Part shown: piece by piece, positions 36,757 through 45,645 of the stretch
Position numbering within the stretch: position 1 is the stretch's first letter
Layout: every line of letters begins with the position of its first letter
Virus record (IMG/VR): IMGVR_UViG_3300023174_000146
Length of the DNA stretch: 64,000 nt
Source of the DNA: an uncultured virus (IMG/VR IMGVR_UViG_3300023174_000146)
Lineage: Duplodnaviria; Heunggongvirae; Uroviricota; Caudoviricetes
Reading direction: 5' to 3' (one strand)
Notes under the pieces: model-generated
Seen by the model: only the letters and a program-made list of their open reading frames with translations
The model's database searches: none
What the model was told of the DNA's origin: nothing
Position numbers and translations under genes: made by a program

Positions 36757-37392
36757 TCAGTCCTCAGCGACTGGATTTCCCGTCCCCGCACGGTGCATCT
36801 TGTAGCTGAGATAGTCGTCTATTGTTCCCATGTAGTCAAAGGCGGAGTTGACATACGCCTGGACCCACTCTGGAAGTGTGTCATCATCTGAGAGCGTGTC
36901 GTGGAGGCTCTGCGCTTTCTTCGCGATATTGAAGAGCTGTCCCTTGGCCATTCTTGCGGGTCCACCCTCTCCCATGTCACGCCCGCCGTGGTGTTCCACG
37001 CTGCGATCCACACCGTGATTCATGTGGGTCTCAACCATCATGTCCTCGTGGTCCATTGAATCGAAAGCATGATTGTTCACTGCGTACATTATGTAGTCGT
37101 GAATCGCGTCGATGTGTCCTGCTGCGGAGTTGATCTTTGACTCCACCCATGGCTCAGCGTCGTCCCACGGAGTTGCAAGTTTAGAGAGATCTTCAGCTTT
37201 CGAGGCGATCTTCGCAAGGTTCTGAATGAGCATGTAGCCAGGCATCTCCTCATCTGGAGCATCAAATGGCCTGTCATCACTGTCATCAGAAACGTAAGCG
37301 TCCATGTCTCCGTCTGTTTCTGGATCCCAGTCACCGCACTCAGCGATCTGGCGTCGAATAATGCCTCTAAGATTCTTCTCTGTAATCCTCAT
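36757..37392 (-). CDS. Leader-bearing protein with two internal helical repeats
   Basis: M...L..IA.KA..L...D....WV....NSA......I.DY..Y occurs twice. Confidence 0.7.
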   Translation of the reverse strand: MRITEKNLRGIIRRQIAECGDWDPETDGDMDAYVSDDSDDRPFDAPDEEMPGYMLIQNLAKIASKAEDLSKLATPWDDAEPWVESKINSAAGHIDAIHDYIMYAVNNHAFDSMDHEDMMVETHMNHGVDRSVEHHGGRDMGEGGPARMAKGQLFNIAKKAQSLHDTLSDDDTLPEWVQAYVNSAFDYMGTIDDYLSYKMHRAGTGNPVAED

Positions 37393-37416
37393 GTTCAGGC
37401 TCCAAAATTTAACAGT

Positions 37417-37443
37417 TGCACGACCTTAAATATGCGTCGTGCA
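37417..37443 (-). promoter_or_regulatory. Class II motif ATATTTA (37427-37433) in the loop of an 8-bp hairpin
   Basis: TGCACGAC/GTCGTGCA perfect inverted repeat. Confidence 0.65.
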
Positions 37444-37481
37444 CAACCATTATATACGCACTGATGCTATTTTATAGTCAA

Positions 37482-38213
37482 TCAGGTGCGTGGAAGCTCG
37501 GCAATATCAACTGGAATCATCTTTAAGAGATCACTGCAGATGTCTTCTCTAACAGTCTTGTCTGTTATACCCACACTATCAAGCGCTTTATTTATGATCT
37601 CTTTGTAAACAGGATCCGTGCTTTTAAGATTCTCTAGCGCGTCTATGGAGATCTCAGATGCCAGTAACTTTCTCAAGCTCGCCTGTGCCTTCTCAAAGTC
37701 TTCGCGAGATGCTTTAGGATCTGAATTGCCCGAACCTACTTTTGTCTCGACTAGCATTTTAATTTGCCTGCCTGAGAGGCGAACCGTTCCAGGAGCAACA
37801 GACTCAGACATGGGCTGTGAATCAACCCACTCCCACTCAAGCCCCTTGCGCTCACCCTTCGACCCCGGCCCAAGACCGCGCCAGTCCTCACGGGAATCCA
37901 CGTCATTGAAGGCGTCCTCGACGCGCGGATAGATGAGCTCAACTATCCAGTGTGGAATCTCCCAGTGCGTGTCTGTCGTCCTGACGAGAAAGGGCCTGTC
38001 GGGACCATCAGTCCTCACGATCGGCGCCCAGGCAATGTCGCTGTGCTCGTGCTTGTCTCTGACCACAATGTAGCCCGCTGGAGCATCTGGCCCGTTCACA
38101 AACTCGCGCTCAGGCGGCGTGATCCTGGGATCTTCATCGCCAGGCCACGTGAAGCCACTGGCCTGCACTTCCTCGCGTATGATCTGCCTAAGCTTTGCCT
38201 GTGTTATTCTCAT
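37482..38213 (-). CDS. Leader-bearing hypothetical protein (second internal leader copy)
   Basis: MRITQAKLRQIIREEV; internal VRLSGRQIKMLVE. Confidence 0.7.
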   Translation of the reverse strand: MRITQAKLRQIIREEVQASGFTWPGDEDPRITPPEREFVNGPDAPAGYIVVRDKHEHSDIAWAPIVRTDGPDRPFLVRTTDTHWEIPHWIVELIYPRVEDAFNDVDSREDWRGLGPGSKGERKGLEWEWVDSQPMSESVAPGTVRLSGRQIKMLVETKVGSGNSDPKASREDFEKAQASLRKLLASEISIDALENLKSTDPVYKEIINKALDSVGITDKTVREDICSDLLKMIPVDIAELPRT

Positions 38214-38223
38214 TGCTGCTCCG

Positions 38224-38532
38224 TCACTTTTTCCTGTGCTTCTTGACCTTTTCCCACTCACTCTTATCGACCTTGCGTGCCTTACCGCCTCTTATGAAGC
38301 TGTTTACGCGTCCCATGGCCCAAGCGTGTTGTGGTGTTCCCTGATTGTGCCCTGTGAGCCACGCTGCCAACCCCTTGCGATACACAGCCGTAAGTGCTCC
38401 AAGAGGCATATTAGAGTTCTCTGCCTTCTTCTTCAAAGTCTTTCTGACCTTGGCACTGAGCTTTCCCTCAGTCATGATATCCATCAGGAGGAGGTCGAGG
38501 GACTCATCGAGAAGTATTTCATTGTCTGTCAT
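38224..38532 (-). CDS. Conserved basic phage protein (DUF5824-like)
   Basis: VYRKGLAAW..GH..G....WAMGRVNSF. Confidence 0.65.
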   Translation of the reverse strand: MTDNEILLDESLDLLLMDIMTEGKLSAKVRKTLKKKAENSNMPLGALTAVYRKGLAAWLTGHNQGTPQHAWAMGRVNSFIRGGKARKVDKSEWEKVKKHRKK

Positions 38533-39038
38533 GATTTTGCCTTCTTGCTCTTTTTGTAGGTCTTGTCAGCAGACCACTCATCGTAGCAGCTCTCTGGGGG
38601 ATTGGGCTTCGAGCACTTGTCTATCTCCCTTGACATCTGCTTGTTGCTCTTGCGTGTGCCCTTGTAGTAGTTGGGATTTCCAGGACGCTTTCTGCCTCGC
38701 TCGTCGAGAGCCTCCAAGGCGACGTGTCCGACCATCTCCTCGGGTGAGACCTCTGTGATCTCAACAGTGAGGTGTGTGGCTGAATCCTCTCTAATGACCC
38801 TGTGCCACGTCTCCTTTGGGATCACATGAACTTCGCCTGGGGTCATTGGGATTGGAAGACGACCATCCACCTGCATCATCCACCCCTTACCCTCGAGAAC
38901 TTGGACAATCCTGTGCTCCCTGTCACGGTGCCACACGAGCTCATCGTGTCCCGTCGCGGGTGCAAAAGTCCTCAGGCGCGTTCTTTCATCGAGAACGGTC
39001 TCAGCAAATGGGAAAGATGATTTTCTCTCGAGTGCCAT
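38529..39038 (-). CDS. Cupin-like domain with basic C-terminal domain
   Basis: LVWHRDRE, IPKETWHRVI. Confidence 0.65.
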   Translation of the reverse strand: MALERKSSFPFAETVLDERTRLRTFAPATGHDELVWHRDREHRIVQVLEGKGWMMQVDGRLPIPMTPGEVHVIPKETWHRVIREDSATHLTVEITEVSPEEMVGHVALEALDERGRKRPGNPNYYKGTRKSNKQMSREIDKCSKPNPPESCYDEWSADKTYKKSKKAKS

Positions 39039-39060
39039 ATTACTATGTATGTGCTCGAGA
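39026..39060 (-). promoter_or_regulatory. Class II-like motif ATACATA (39044-39050) in a hairpin covering the start codon
   Basis: TCTCGAG/CTCGAGA and CATA/TATG stems; ATG 5 nt after motif. Confidence 0.5.
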
Positions 39061-39336
39061 TCAGACGAGACCCATGTCCTTCGCGAGCTGATGATCCATC
39101 TGCCTCAGCGCATACCGTATTAACCGCTCGCGCTGCGCGCCGCGCTCTTGGGAATCAGCAATATCTAGATCACGTAGATAAGAGTCTATTAGATCAGCAA
39201 GACCTGTGATGTCTTGATCTGTGGGCATTTTTGGATCAGCATCGGGGGACTTTAGGTGACCGATGCTCGCAGCTGCGTAATGTTTTGAAATCTTCTCCTG
39301 GACAAGGGAGCGAAGCTGATTTTCTGTCAGCCGCAT
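39061..39336 (-). CDS. Leader-bearing small protein
   Basis: MRLTENQLRSLVQE; start moved to internal Met. Confidence 0.65.
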   Translation of the reverse strand: MRLTENQLRSLVQEKISKHYAAASIGHLKSPDADPKMPTDQDITGLADLIDSYLRDLDIADSQERGAQRERLIRYALRQMDHQLAKDMGLV

Positions 39337-39337
39337 C

Positions 39338-40621
39338 TCACCACCAGCCCGGAATGTTGCGACCAAAAAACTTTGTAGCCCTGCAGGACCAGTAGCCCGC
39401 CTGTGTCCTGTCCTTCTTCTTTGCGCAGTTGTGTCGATTGCCAAAGGACTTCCTGCGCTTCCTAGCAGCGTCTGAGCTTCCCATCGCGTCGGGCATGGAG
39501 GATCCGAACGAAACCTTCTTCACGTTGCCCGTCTTGGGATCCCTGACGTAGACATAAGCCCTGCCGCCTGAGCCACGCTTTGGCTTTCCGAGCTGGACCT
39601 CTTTGCCCTTGTACTTTGCTTCCTTCAGAGGCTCATCTTGCTCACAGACCTCGCAAGGACCGTCCCAATCACCACCTGACTCAAGCATTGGGTAGTCGAG
39701 GGGCACACGCTCTCCCTCGTATTCACCCCACTCACCGAGGTCAGAGTCGAGCAGCTCATCCTCCCAGGCAGATCTCGCCTGATAGGCTCCGCCCTTTCTA
39801 AGGGACTTAAGTGTTCTAGCTAGCTCAAAAAACTCATCGGTTCCTGGGCGGTGGACGGGACTATCAAATCCCACACCATTTCCCATGTGCCAGGCTGCGC
39901 CTGGCTGAATAGAACCGTTGAGAGGGGAGAGCTGATCCATCGTCTTCGTGAGTGTCTGACCCTTCTTCCAGCTAGGTCCAGAATTCGTGCAGTAGTAAGT
40001 GATGGTCTTCCCAGCGTCGTGATCGAGGGGCTGCACATCAACAACAATACCCATTGAGCCCTTGTGCTTGCAGCCGGGATTTGTGTTCTCAACGGCATCG
40101 CCCATGGACGGCTCCCATGTGTGGGATTGATAAGTTGGGCGACTGTTTGTCTCTGAGATGACCTTGTTGATGGTGAGATCGAAGAGGTGCTTGCGAAGCG
40201 CTTTCTCTACCTCATCGAGGTGCTGGGTGCTTGGACCAACAGGTCCCATCCCCTTGATGCTGCTGATTTCTTTCAGCGTGTCACGCAGCTGCTTTTCTGA
40301 ATAATTGTTGTAGTCTAAAGCGACCTCTATGAGGCGAATGCGAAGGGCATTTGACTTGCCGGAGAGCGATGTCAACCTCACAGTCTCAGATAGAGAGGCG
40401 AGTGCGACCACTGTGGAGTTGTGGTTCTGTGACCCCCTGATGAGCTTGGAGACACTCTCTCTAATAGAATCAGTATCACTATTGGCTGTCAGCGATGTGT
40501 TTCTAATGAAATCCTGCACCTTGGCGATGGTGTGCAGAGTGATATCGTTTGCATAGAGACGCCGTGCTTCAGTGAACACAGATAACATTGTCTCTTTTGG
40601 ATGAATTTTTGTTGTCTTCAT
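39338..40621 (-). CDS. Multidomain putative head-associated protein
   Basis: Internal KOW-like domain; C-terminal KVSFG...RRKSF..RHNC..KKDRT.AGYWSC. Confidence 0.65.
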   Translation of the reverse strand: MKTTKIHPKETMLSVFTEARRLYANDITLHTIAKVQDFIRNTSLTANSDTDSIRESVSKLIRGSQNHNSTVVALASLSETVRLTSLSGKSNALRIRLIEVALDYNNYSEKQLRDTLKEISSIKGMGPVGPSTQHLDEVEKALRKHLFDLTINKVISETNSRPTYQSHTWEPSMGDAVENTNPGCKHKGSMGIVVDVQPLDHDAGKTITYYCTNSGPSWKKGQTLTKTMDQLSPLNGSIQPGAAWHMGNGVGFDSPVHRPGTDEFFELARTLKSLRKGGAYQARSAWEDELLDSDLGEWGEYEGERVPLDYPMLESGGDWDGPCEVCEQDEPLKEAKYKGKEVQLGKPKRGSGGRAYVYVRDPKTGNVKKVSFGSSMPDAMGSSDAARKRRKSFGNRHNCAKKKDRTQAGYWSCRATKFFGRNIPGWW

Positions 40622-40622
40622 G

Positions 40623-40643
40623 ACACAACTAAATATGTCGTGT
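40623..40643 (-). promoter_or_regulatory. Class II motif ATATTTA forming exactly the loop of a 7-bp hairpin
   Basis: ACACGAC-ATATTTA-GTTGTGT on minus strand, ATG 8 nt after motif. Confidence 0.65.
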
Positions 40644-40644
40644 T

Positions 40645-41109
40645 TCAGCCGCTTATCGCACTGAGAATATTATTCATATGCGGAGCAAGTGCAGCAGATG
40701 CGCGCTTCTGCATCTCTGCAGTTAGGACTCGCTCACGAAGCGATGAAGTGGAGTAGCTGTGGTCTCTAGTGTTAAAGACTACACGAATTGGGAGATCATA
40801 TCCTGTAAACTGCTTGCCCTTCCAGTCTGCACCGACAATTCGAACAGCTGGATTTAAAAGCTTTATAAGCTCGATCAGCTCTGCTTCTGTATTATAGATG
40901 TGAACTTCGTCAACCCATCTAATAGACTTAATCATAATGATACGCTCTTGTAGGGATTGAACAGGCTTATTCTTCTCAGGTCTATCAAGTGTTGGATCTG
41001 ACTGAAGACCTACAATTAGTCTATCACAGTGCGTCTTTGCTTCCTCAAGCATTAATGCATGTCCTGTGTGAAGCAGATCAAAAGATCCACATGTAAATCC
41101 TACAATCAT
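40645..41109 (-). CDS. Cytidylyltransferase (TagD/RfaE-II-like)
   Basis: GSFDLLHTGH, LIVGLQSD, STSSLR. Confidence 0.88.
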   Translation of the reverse strand: MIVGFTCGSFDLLHTGHALMLEEAKTHCDRLIVGLQSDPTLDRPEKNKPVQSLQERIIMIKSIRWVDEVHIYNTEAELIELIKLLNPAVRIVGADWKGKQFTGYDLPIRVVFNTRDHSYSTSSLRERVLTAEMQKRASAALAPHMNNILSAISG

Positions 41110-41142
41110 TGAATCTCCTCATTGTAATTATGAGGATAATGA
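41106..41142 (-). promoter_or_regulatory. Class II motif ATAATTA in a hairpin sequestering SD and ATG
   Basis: TCCTCAT/ATGAGGA and TCATT/AATGA stems. Confidence 0.65.
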
Positions 41143-41145
41143 CTG

Positions 41146-41385
41146 TTAGACTTCAATAGAATCGTAAGGATTAATAAATCTCACATCTGATTCAAGTGAA
41201 GCTTTAGAATTAAATAAAACTGAATTTTGTGCCTGTTTTCCAGGAATAAGAGCAACAACAGCAGCCCCTTTAGGGAGATCTTTCTCTAGTTCACTCTTTG
41301 CTGTGTGAGGTGAAAAACTCCCAAAATGGTTCTTGCACTCATAGCTTCCGTCGCTGGCAATTACGGCAGTCCAGTACTGGCTCAT
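41146..41385 (-). CDS. Hypothetical protein
   Basis: Tiled ORF, start at MSQYW. Confidence 0.55.
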   Translation of the reverse strand: MSQYWTAVIASDGSYECKNHFGSFSPHTAKSELEKDLPKGAAVVALIPGKQAQNSVLFNSKASLESDVRFINPYDSIEV

Positions 41386-41386
41386 A

Positions 41387-41686
41387 TCACTTGTCACCTT
41401 TCTTATCAGACTCATCATTTGCAACACTCAGGATTGAGTAGCCGCAGATATCTCGCCACGGTGATTCTCCGAATGCGTCCTTCTTGTTCGCAAGTCTGAA
41501 GAGCTTATCAATTACGCGTGTGATCGCAAGCGCATCACGGTACTGGCTAGGCTGAATCCCATTGGGATATAGCACTTCCAAAATTCTACACGCCTGACCG
41601 AATGAGTCACCGTATGCCTCATTCTTTTCCTGAACGAGCTTACCAATGTCCTCACCAATTTCATGGTACTTCTTACTTGCAGTCAA
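41387..41686 (-). CDS. Nucleotide-modification-associated (DUF1599/Nmad1-like) protein
   Basis: KNEAYGDSF, RVIDKLFR, W.DI.GY. Confidence 0.65.
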   Translation of the reverse strand: MTASKKYHEIGEDIGKLVQEKNEAYGDSFGQACRILEVLYPNGIQPSQYRDALAITRVIDKLFRLANKKDAFGESPWRDICGYSILSVANDESDKKGDK

Positions 41687-41788
41687 CGTCGCCTTCTCCT
41701 GTTTTCTCTTGGGAGAGAATTGCTTATGAAAAACCTAAAAATCAGCGTTAGAAGATTTATTAAAAAATGTCTTGGACTCATCAGTAGA

Positions 41789-42478
41789 TCAAGACCTGTT
41801 TGTCAGACTTGCCCTTCTCCAAGCTATCATTCGTGAGTAAATCTCTTCATTCTCGTGTGAGAAATCAAGCAGACGATCAGAGACCCATCCCTTAAAAGGC
41901 ATCATGAAATAATAGTTAGGTCCCATAAACTGTCGTTCAATAATGTTAAGTGCGACTAAACGCGGATCCCAACCGTCAATTTTAGCGAACGAGAGATTCA
42001 CCTTGTAGCCTCGAATCTCAAGCAGCGCACGTCCTGGAGCCGGAAGCGGAGCGAGAAAAAAGAGGAACAGAAGGCTGAGAAGCCACCAAGCGCTCCAGAA
42101 AGAAAACACTGAGAGTGCTGAGAGCAATGCGAGAATCTGTGGGAACATGTATAGTGCTGTGAATCTCGCAGTGCCAAGACGCATTCTATCGTGCTCGTGA
42201 ATTGTCTCATGTGCCAAAATCTGAACGATATCATGCGATGCGTCGTCTAGATAGCCGTTCGAGTCAAAATAAGAAGCAGGAAACCAGCAGGTTCCATTGA
42301 CGATTGTGATGTATCTCGTCTCAAACTCCTTATTAAAGAGGAGCGCAAACGGTCTCACTAGAGCGTAAAGACCTTCAGGATTTGCCTTGCTCTTGATCTG
42401 AAAGTCTGGATTGATCTTGTACGTGAACTCTTCGAGGAAGGTCTGCACCTTCGGTGTCAACTTAATCTGCTGTGTCAT
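41789..42478 (-). CDS. Membrane-associated zinc metallopeptidase-like protein
   Basis: AHETIH, hydrophobic hairpin, EIRGY. Confidence 0.6.
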   Translation of the reverse strand: MTQQIKLTPKVQTFLEEFTYKINPDFQIKSKANPEGLYALVRPFALLFNKEFETRYITIVNGTCWFPASYFDSNGYLDDASHDIVQILAHETIHEHDRMRLGTARFTALYMFPQILALLSALSVFSFWSAWWLLSLLFLFFLAPLPAPGRALLEIRGYKVNLSFAKIDGWDPRLVALNIIERQFMGPNYYFMMPFKGWVSDRLLDFSHENEEIYSRMIAWRRASLTNRS

Positions 42479-42498
42479 ATTTCTCCGTTATATCTTAG

Positions 42499-42575
42499 CG
42501 CCGTCGGAGGGATTCGAACCCACGTGTATCCTGCTACCCTTTCTACGGTTTAGGAAACCGAGGGGATACAACGGC
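42499..42575 (-). tRNA. Atypical D-armless tRNA-like RNA, anticodon CCU (Arg?)
   Basis: 7-bp acceptor GCCGTTG/CGACGGC, T-loop TTCGAAT, loop TTCCTAA; no D-arm. Confidence 0.7.
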
Positions 42576-42595
42576 ATTTTCAATATTTTATCCAT

Positions 42596-42796
42596 TCACA
42601 CTAGAATTTTTAATGCTTTTAGCACAGAGTCGAGAGCACGCAGTGAAGCCTCTGCATCGCTCACGGCACCTGAGTCCTCATGAAAAATTGCGTCTGAGAG
42701 ATCTTGCTGGCACATCTCAACGTGAGTGCTTACAACTCTCACAAGGAGACTTATCTGATCAACGCTCATGTTGATGCTGTGTGTCTTAACGCTCAT
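42596..42796 (-). CDS. Hypothetical protein
   Basis: Tiled ORF. Confidence 0.55.
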   Translation of the reverse strand: MSVKTHSINMSVDQISLLVRVVSTHVEMCQQDLSDAIFHEDSGAVSDAEASLRALDSVLKALKILV

Positions 42797-43085
42797 TTGT
42801 CACCTTGATGAGAATCTCAACTGGACAGTTTTTAACAAAACCCTCAGGCCACACGACATCTGCAATAGTTACAACATACACCTTCGAGTGACTATCCGCC
42901 TCTGCTATGTGTTCTTTAGTCCTCGTGGAGAGTACTGTTCCAACTGACCTCGCACCATTTGACGCAACTTTTAGGAGGACTTTTCTGTTCTGGTCTTCAC
43001 CGAGAAGTGCACGTCTCTGTGAGTTGAGTGTGAGCCGAACAAGATCAACATCCAGCAGGACAAGGTCGTTCTTTCTAATGCCCAT
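42786..43085 (-). CDS. KOW-like protein
   Basis: IRKNDLVLL...VGTVLS...DVVW. Confidence 0.55.
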   Translation of the reverse strand: MGIRKNDLVLLDVDLVRLTLNSQRRALLGEDQNRKVLLKVASNGARSVGTVLSTRTKEHIAEADSHSKVYVVTIADVVWPEGFVKNCPVEILIKVTNER

Positions 43086-43090
43086 TCACG

Positions 43091-43306
43091 TCAGGAGTTC
43101 TGCGCGTCGTTTGAGGCGCTCTTCACGAGTCGCAGCTGTGTGAGACGAACTGAGAAGGGTTCACCAGATGGGTGATACGGGACATTTGGATTTGTGATCT
43201 TGATCACTTCAGCCCATCCTGTGTCAGAGTCGACCTTGTGCACAATCACAAGCTTGTTCCAATAGTTACAGATGTCACCTGCGCCAGAGACTAAGTTTAA
43301 GTTCAT
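43091..43306 (-). CDS. Hypothetical SH3-like protein
   Basis: AAGGAG SD; candidate promoter GTATAA-N17-TAAACT at 43331-43359. Confidence 0.6.
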   Translation of the reverse strand: MNLNLVSGAGDICNYWNKLVIVHKVDSDTGWAEVIKITNPNVPYHPSGEPFSVRLTQLRLVKSASNDAQNS

Positions 43307-43353
43307 ATCTCTCCTTCTAAAGACACTTATAGTTTAATCATCAAGGAGAGTTT

Positions 43354-43713
43354 TTATACGAGATCAATTTCTCTCCACACACCCTCTTCGTCTGTGTATG
43401 CTACCTTCTTGATTCCTGCAGACTGAATATGCTGCATGCAATACTTGCATGGCTTTGCCATTGCAAGCTGATTATCGCACTTCCTAAACCTCATAACCTC
43501 CAGGACATCCCCGGAGCGGGCAAATCTGATCACGTCCATCTCAGCGTGCATGTGAGCGCCAGTGCTACCATCAGAATAGGTGCGCTGGAATCTCGGATGC
43601 GTCTTGTCAGAATTAGTACCGATTCTGACAATTCTGCCGTTACGTCGGAGAATCGCTGCAATATGAAACCTGTGACCATTTTTAAGTGCCCGCTCACGGG
43701 CCCGATAGTACAC
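43354..43713 (-). CDS. Zn-dependent cytidine/dCMP deaminase-fold protein
   Basis: HAEMD and KPCKYC. Confidence 0.8.
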   Translation of the reverse strand: MYYRARERALKNGHRFHIAAILRRNGRIVRIGTNSDKTHPRFQRTYSDGSTGAHMHAEMDVIRFARSGDVLEVMRFRKCDNQLAMAKPCKYCMQHIQSAGIKKVAYTDEEGVWREIDLV

Positions 43714-43745
43714 TCGGCATATCTAGCCTCCTTTGTTTATAAACA

Positions 43746-43774
43746 ATAATAAACCATGCGGTTCTAATTTACAC
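43746..43774 (-). promoter_or_regulatory. Class I promoter GTGTAA-N17-TATTAT
   Basis: Recurring motif. Confidence 0.75.
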
Positions 43775-43798
43775 TCAGTGATCATTAAAAATCATATG

Positions 43799-43805
43799 AT
43801 ATTTA
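43799..43805 (+). promoter_or_regulatory. Class II motif ATATTTA within an inverted repeat covering the ATG
   Basis: AGTGA-T-CATT (43777-43786) pairs with AATG-TCACT (43821-43829). Confidence 0.55.
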
Positions 43806-43821
43806 GAAGCAGGAAAATAAA

Positions 43822-44679
43822 ATGTCACTCATACAGATCAGATACATTAATCCGAAAATTTCAAATCGCAGTAGCACTGCATACATCAACTGCAATGATA
43901 TCATTGAGCTCATACCAAACGGTGCATCAAATACGATGCTCGTACATCGCAATGGCAATAAATACAATGTGTCCGAGAGCATTGTGGCACTCAGCACGAG
44001 AATTGACATTCAGTGCGGCGGCGGCGGCGGAGGTCAAGGTTCAAATGGTGCAAGTGCATATGAAGTCGCAGTGTCACAGGGCTTTGTGGGCGATGAGAGT
44101 GCATGGCTTGCGTCGCTTGTGGGTCCAAAGGGAGACACTGGCACTGCAGGCGCAGCTGGATCCGATGGAGCACGAGGTGCACAAGGCCCAAAGGGAGACA
44201 CAGGCGCAGCGGGCTCACAGGGTTTAAAGGGTGACACTGGGTCTCAAGGATTAAAAGGAGACACTGGTGCTGCAGGACCTGCAGGAACTGCAAGCACAGA
44301 TCTTAACATTCAAATATCAGCCACTGTTACTGACATCAAAGGTGGAAGTTTCACATCATCAATCGCAGGTTATTTTTATCTTCCAGCTGGTACTATCAAC
44401 GATGCGGCAGGCACTACTCAAGCGTGCGTGAGAGTAACAAATACAGCGGGAGATCAGACAACTGTTGTTGGAGATGTCATAATATATGATCTTGTTACAG
44501 GTGATGAAATTGGAAATTTCAATACAGTTTCATCAACAACACAAATAACATCGACGCCCAGTTACAATGCAAAAATTAATCCCACAGGAAGCTGGGTTTA
44601 TGTAAAGGTTGCAGCTACAGGAACAGCATCTGCAGGCGCTGAAGTCAAGCTTTACGGAATTAGAATTGTGTACGTGTGA
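43822..44679 (+). CDS. Collagen-like fibre protein
   Basis: G-X-Y repeats (GPKGDT, GLKGDT); SAYEVAV..GF.G.E..WL.SL motif. Confidence 0.8.
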   Translation: MSLIQIRYINPKISNRSSTAYINCNDIIELIPNGASNTMLVHRNGNKYNVSESIVALSTRIDIQCGGGGGGQGSNGASAYEVAVSQGFVGDESAWLASLVGPKGDTGTAGAAGSDGARGAQGPKGDTGAAGSQGLKGDTGSQGLKGDTGAAGPAGTASTDLNIQISATVTDIKGGSFTSSIAGYFYLPAGTINDAAGTTQACVRVTNTAGDQTTVVGDVIIYDLVTGDEIGNFNTVSSTTQITSTPSYNAKINPTGSWVYVKVAATGTASAGAEVKLYGIRIVYV

Positions 44680-45228
44680 TCAAGAGACGGCGTCGATCGC
44701 TGCTAGGATCGTCTTACTTCCGCACACATCATTGAATCGAATATCAGATCCTTGAACTGTCATTATAGCGTTCTTAAAACAAGGCATCTTCTTGATGTGA
44801 TTGCCCGACACCTGCACAAAGCTATTCTTTACAATCCATGCACATGGAACTACTTGATTTTCATCTGTTTCTTCACTGTAAAGAAACTTTGATGCTCCTC
44901 TTAAAATGGGCATTGGATCCACAATGACACTTGGCCCCATCCACTCCCTGCAAGTTATCAAATAGGTGAGAACGTTTGCGCCCATTCCAATGCCCAGAAT
45001 GACATCGGGATCGTACGAGTCAAGAGTTCCAATCATCTGCTTCGCAGACTCATACAGTATTGAGTTCATTTCTGCTGCAGGAACGTTCTTTATATCCTCG
45101 TACTTACTTATGAGCGCATTAACCTGATCGCTCATGAGATTATAAAACTTGCACTGATGACTTGTTACGACACCCAAGATGAAGCTGTTCGTATCGCCTG
45201 ACTCACCTGACACGACAAGAACTTTCAT
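44680..45228 (-). CDS. Degenerate alpha/beta-hydrolase-like protein
   Basis: PDVILGIGMGA elbow lacking the catalytic Ser. Confidence 0.45.
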   Translation of the reverse strand: MKVLVVSGESGDTNSFILGVVTSHQCKFYNLMSDQVNALISKYEDIKNVPAAEMNSILYESAKQMIGTLDSYDPDVILGIGMGANVLTYLITCREWMGPSVIVDPMPILRGASKFLYSEETDENQVVPCAWIVKNSFVQVSGNHIKKMPCFKNAIMTVQGSDIRFNDVCGSKTILAAIDAVS

Positions 45229-45267
45229 ATAACACCCACTTGAGATGCAGCATAACCGCTTATCTAA

Positions 45268-45645
45268 TTATTGTGGGCTTGATCCTGTTGATAAATTAGG
45301 AGCATCAATTGATTCAAGATTTTCTACTTTAATCGATCGTGCCTTCTCTTTTTGATCAATCAAACGCTTTTCGCACACAAGCGCCATGTAGTTATATTTC
45401 TGCGCTCTAGTAAGATTCTTAAAAGAAGCCTCTGCTTTTAATGCAGAGGACCTACTTCCAAATTCTTGTGTGAAAAAAAGATAAACAGGACGCCTAGCAC
45501 GTGTGTACTTTGCGCCCCGCTTAGATGTATTGTGTTCTGTTAATCGTCGATTGACATCCGTTGTCACACCGCAATAGAGACTTTTTCTCTCATCGGTGCA
45601 CACAAGGACATACATGAACCACTTTTTTTGATCTTCAGTCGTCAA
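45268..45645 (-). CDS. GIY-YIG nuclease
   Basis: MYVL...LYCGVTTDVNRRLTEHN, GAKYTR. Confidence 0.88.
   Translation of the reverse strand: MTTEDQKKWFMYVLVCTDERKSLYCGVTTDVNRRLTEHNTSKRGAKYTRARRPVYLFFTQEFGSRSSALKAEASFKNLTRAQKYNYMALVCEKRLIDQKEKARSIKVENLESIDAPNLSTGSSPQ

Noticed and set aside
42545..42560. Reading the atypical tRNA as an amber (CUA) suppressor, implying a recoded genome
   Set aside because: The stem register places CCU in the anticodon position; TAG ends ordinary genes here (e.g. 16190, 21630, 34472) and conserved enzymes are intact under code 11.
44015..44032. (GGC)n run, and the similar run near 32806-32836
   Set aside because: These encode poly-Gly linkers in fibre proteins; in-frame triplets would not cause phase variation.
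45268..45645. GIY-YIG gene as an intron-borne homing endonuclease
   Set aside because: Short stand-alone type without DNA-binding extensions; flanking genes are uninterrupted.
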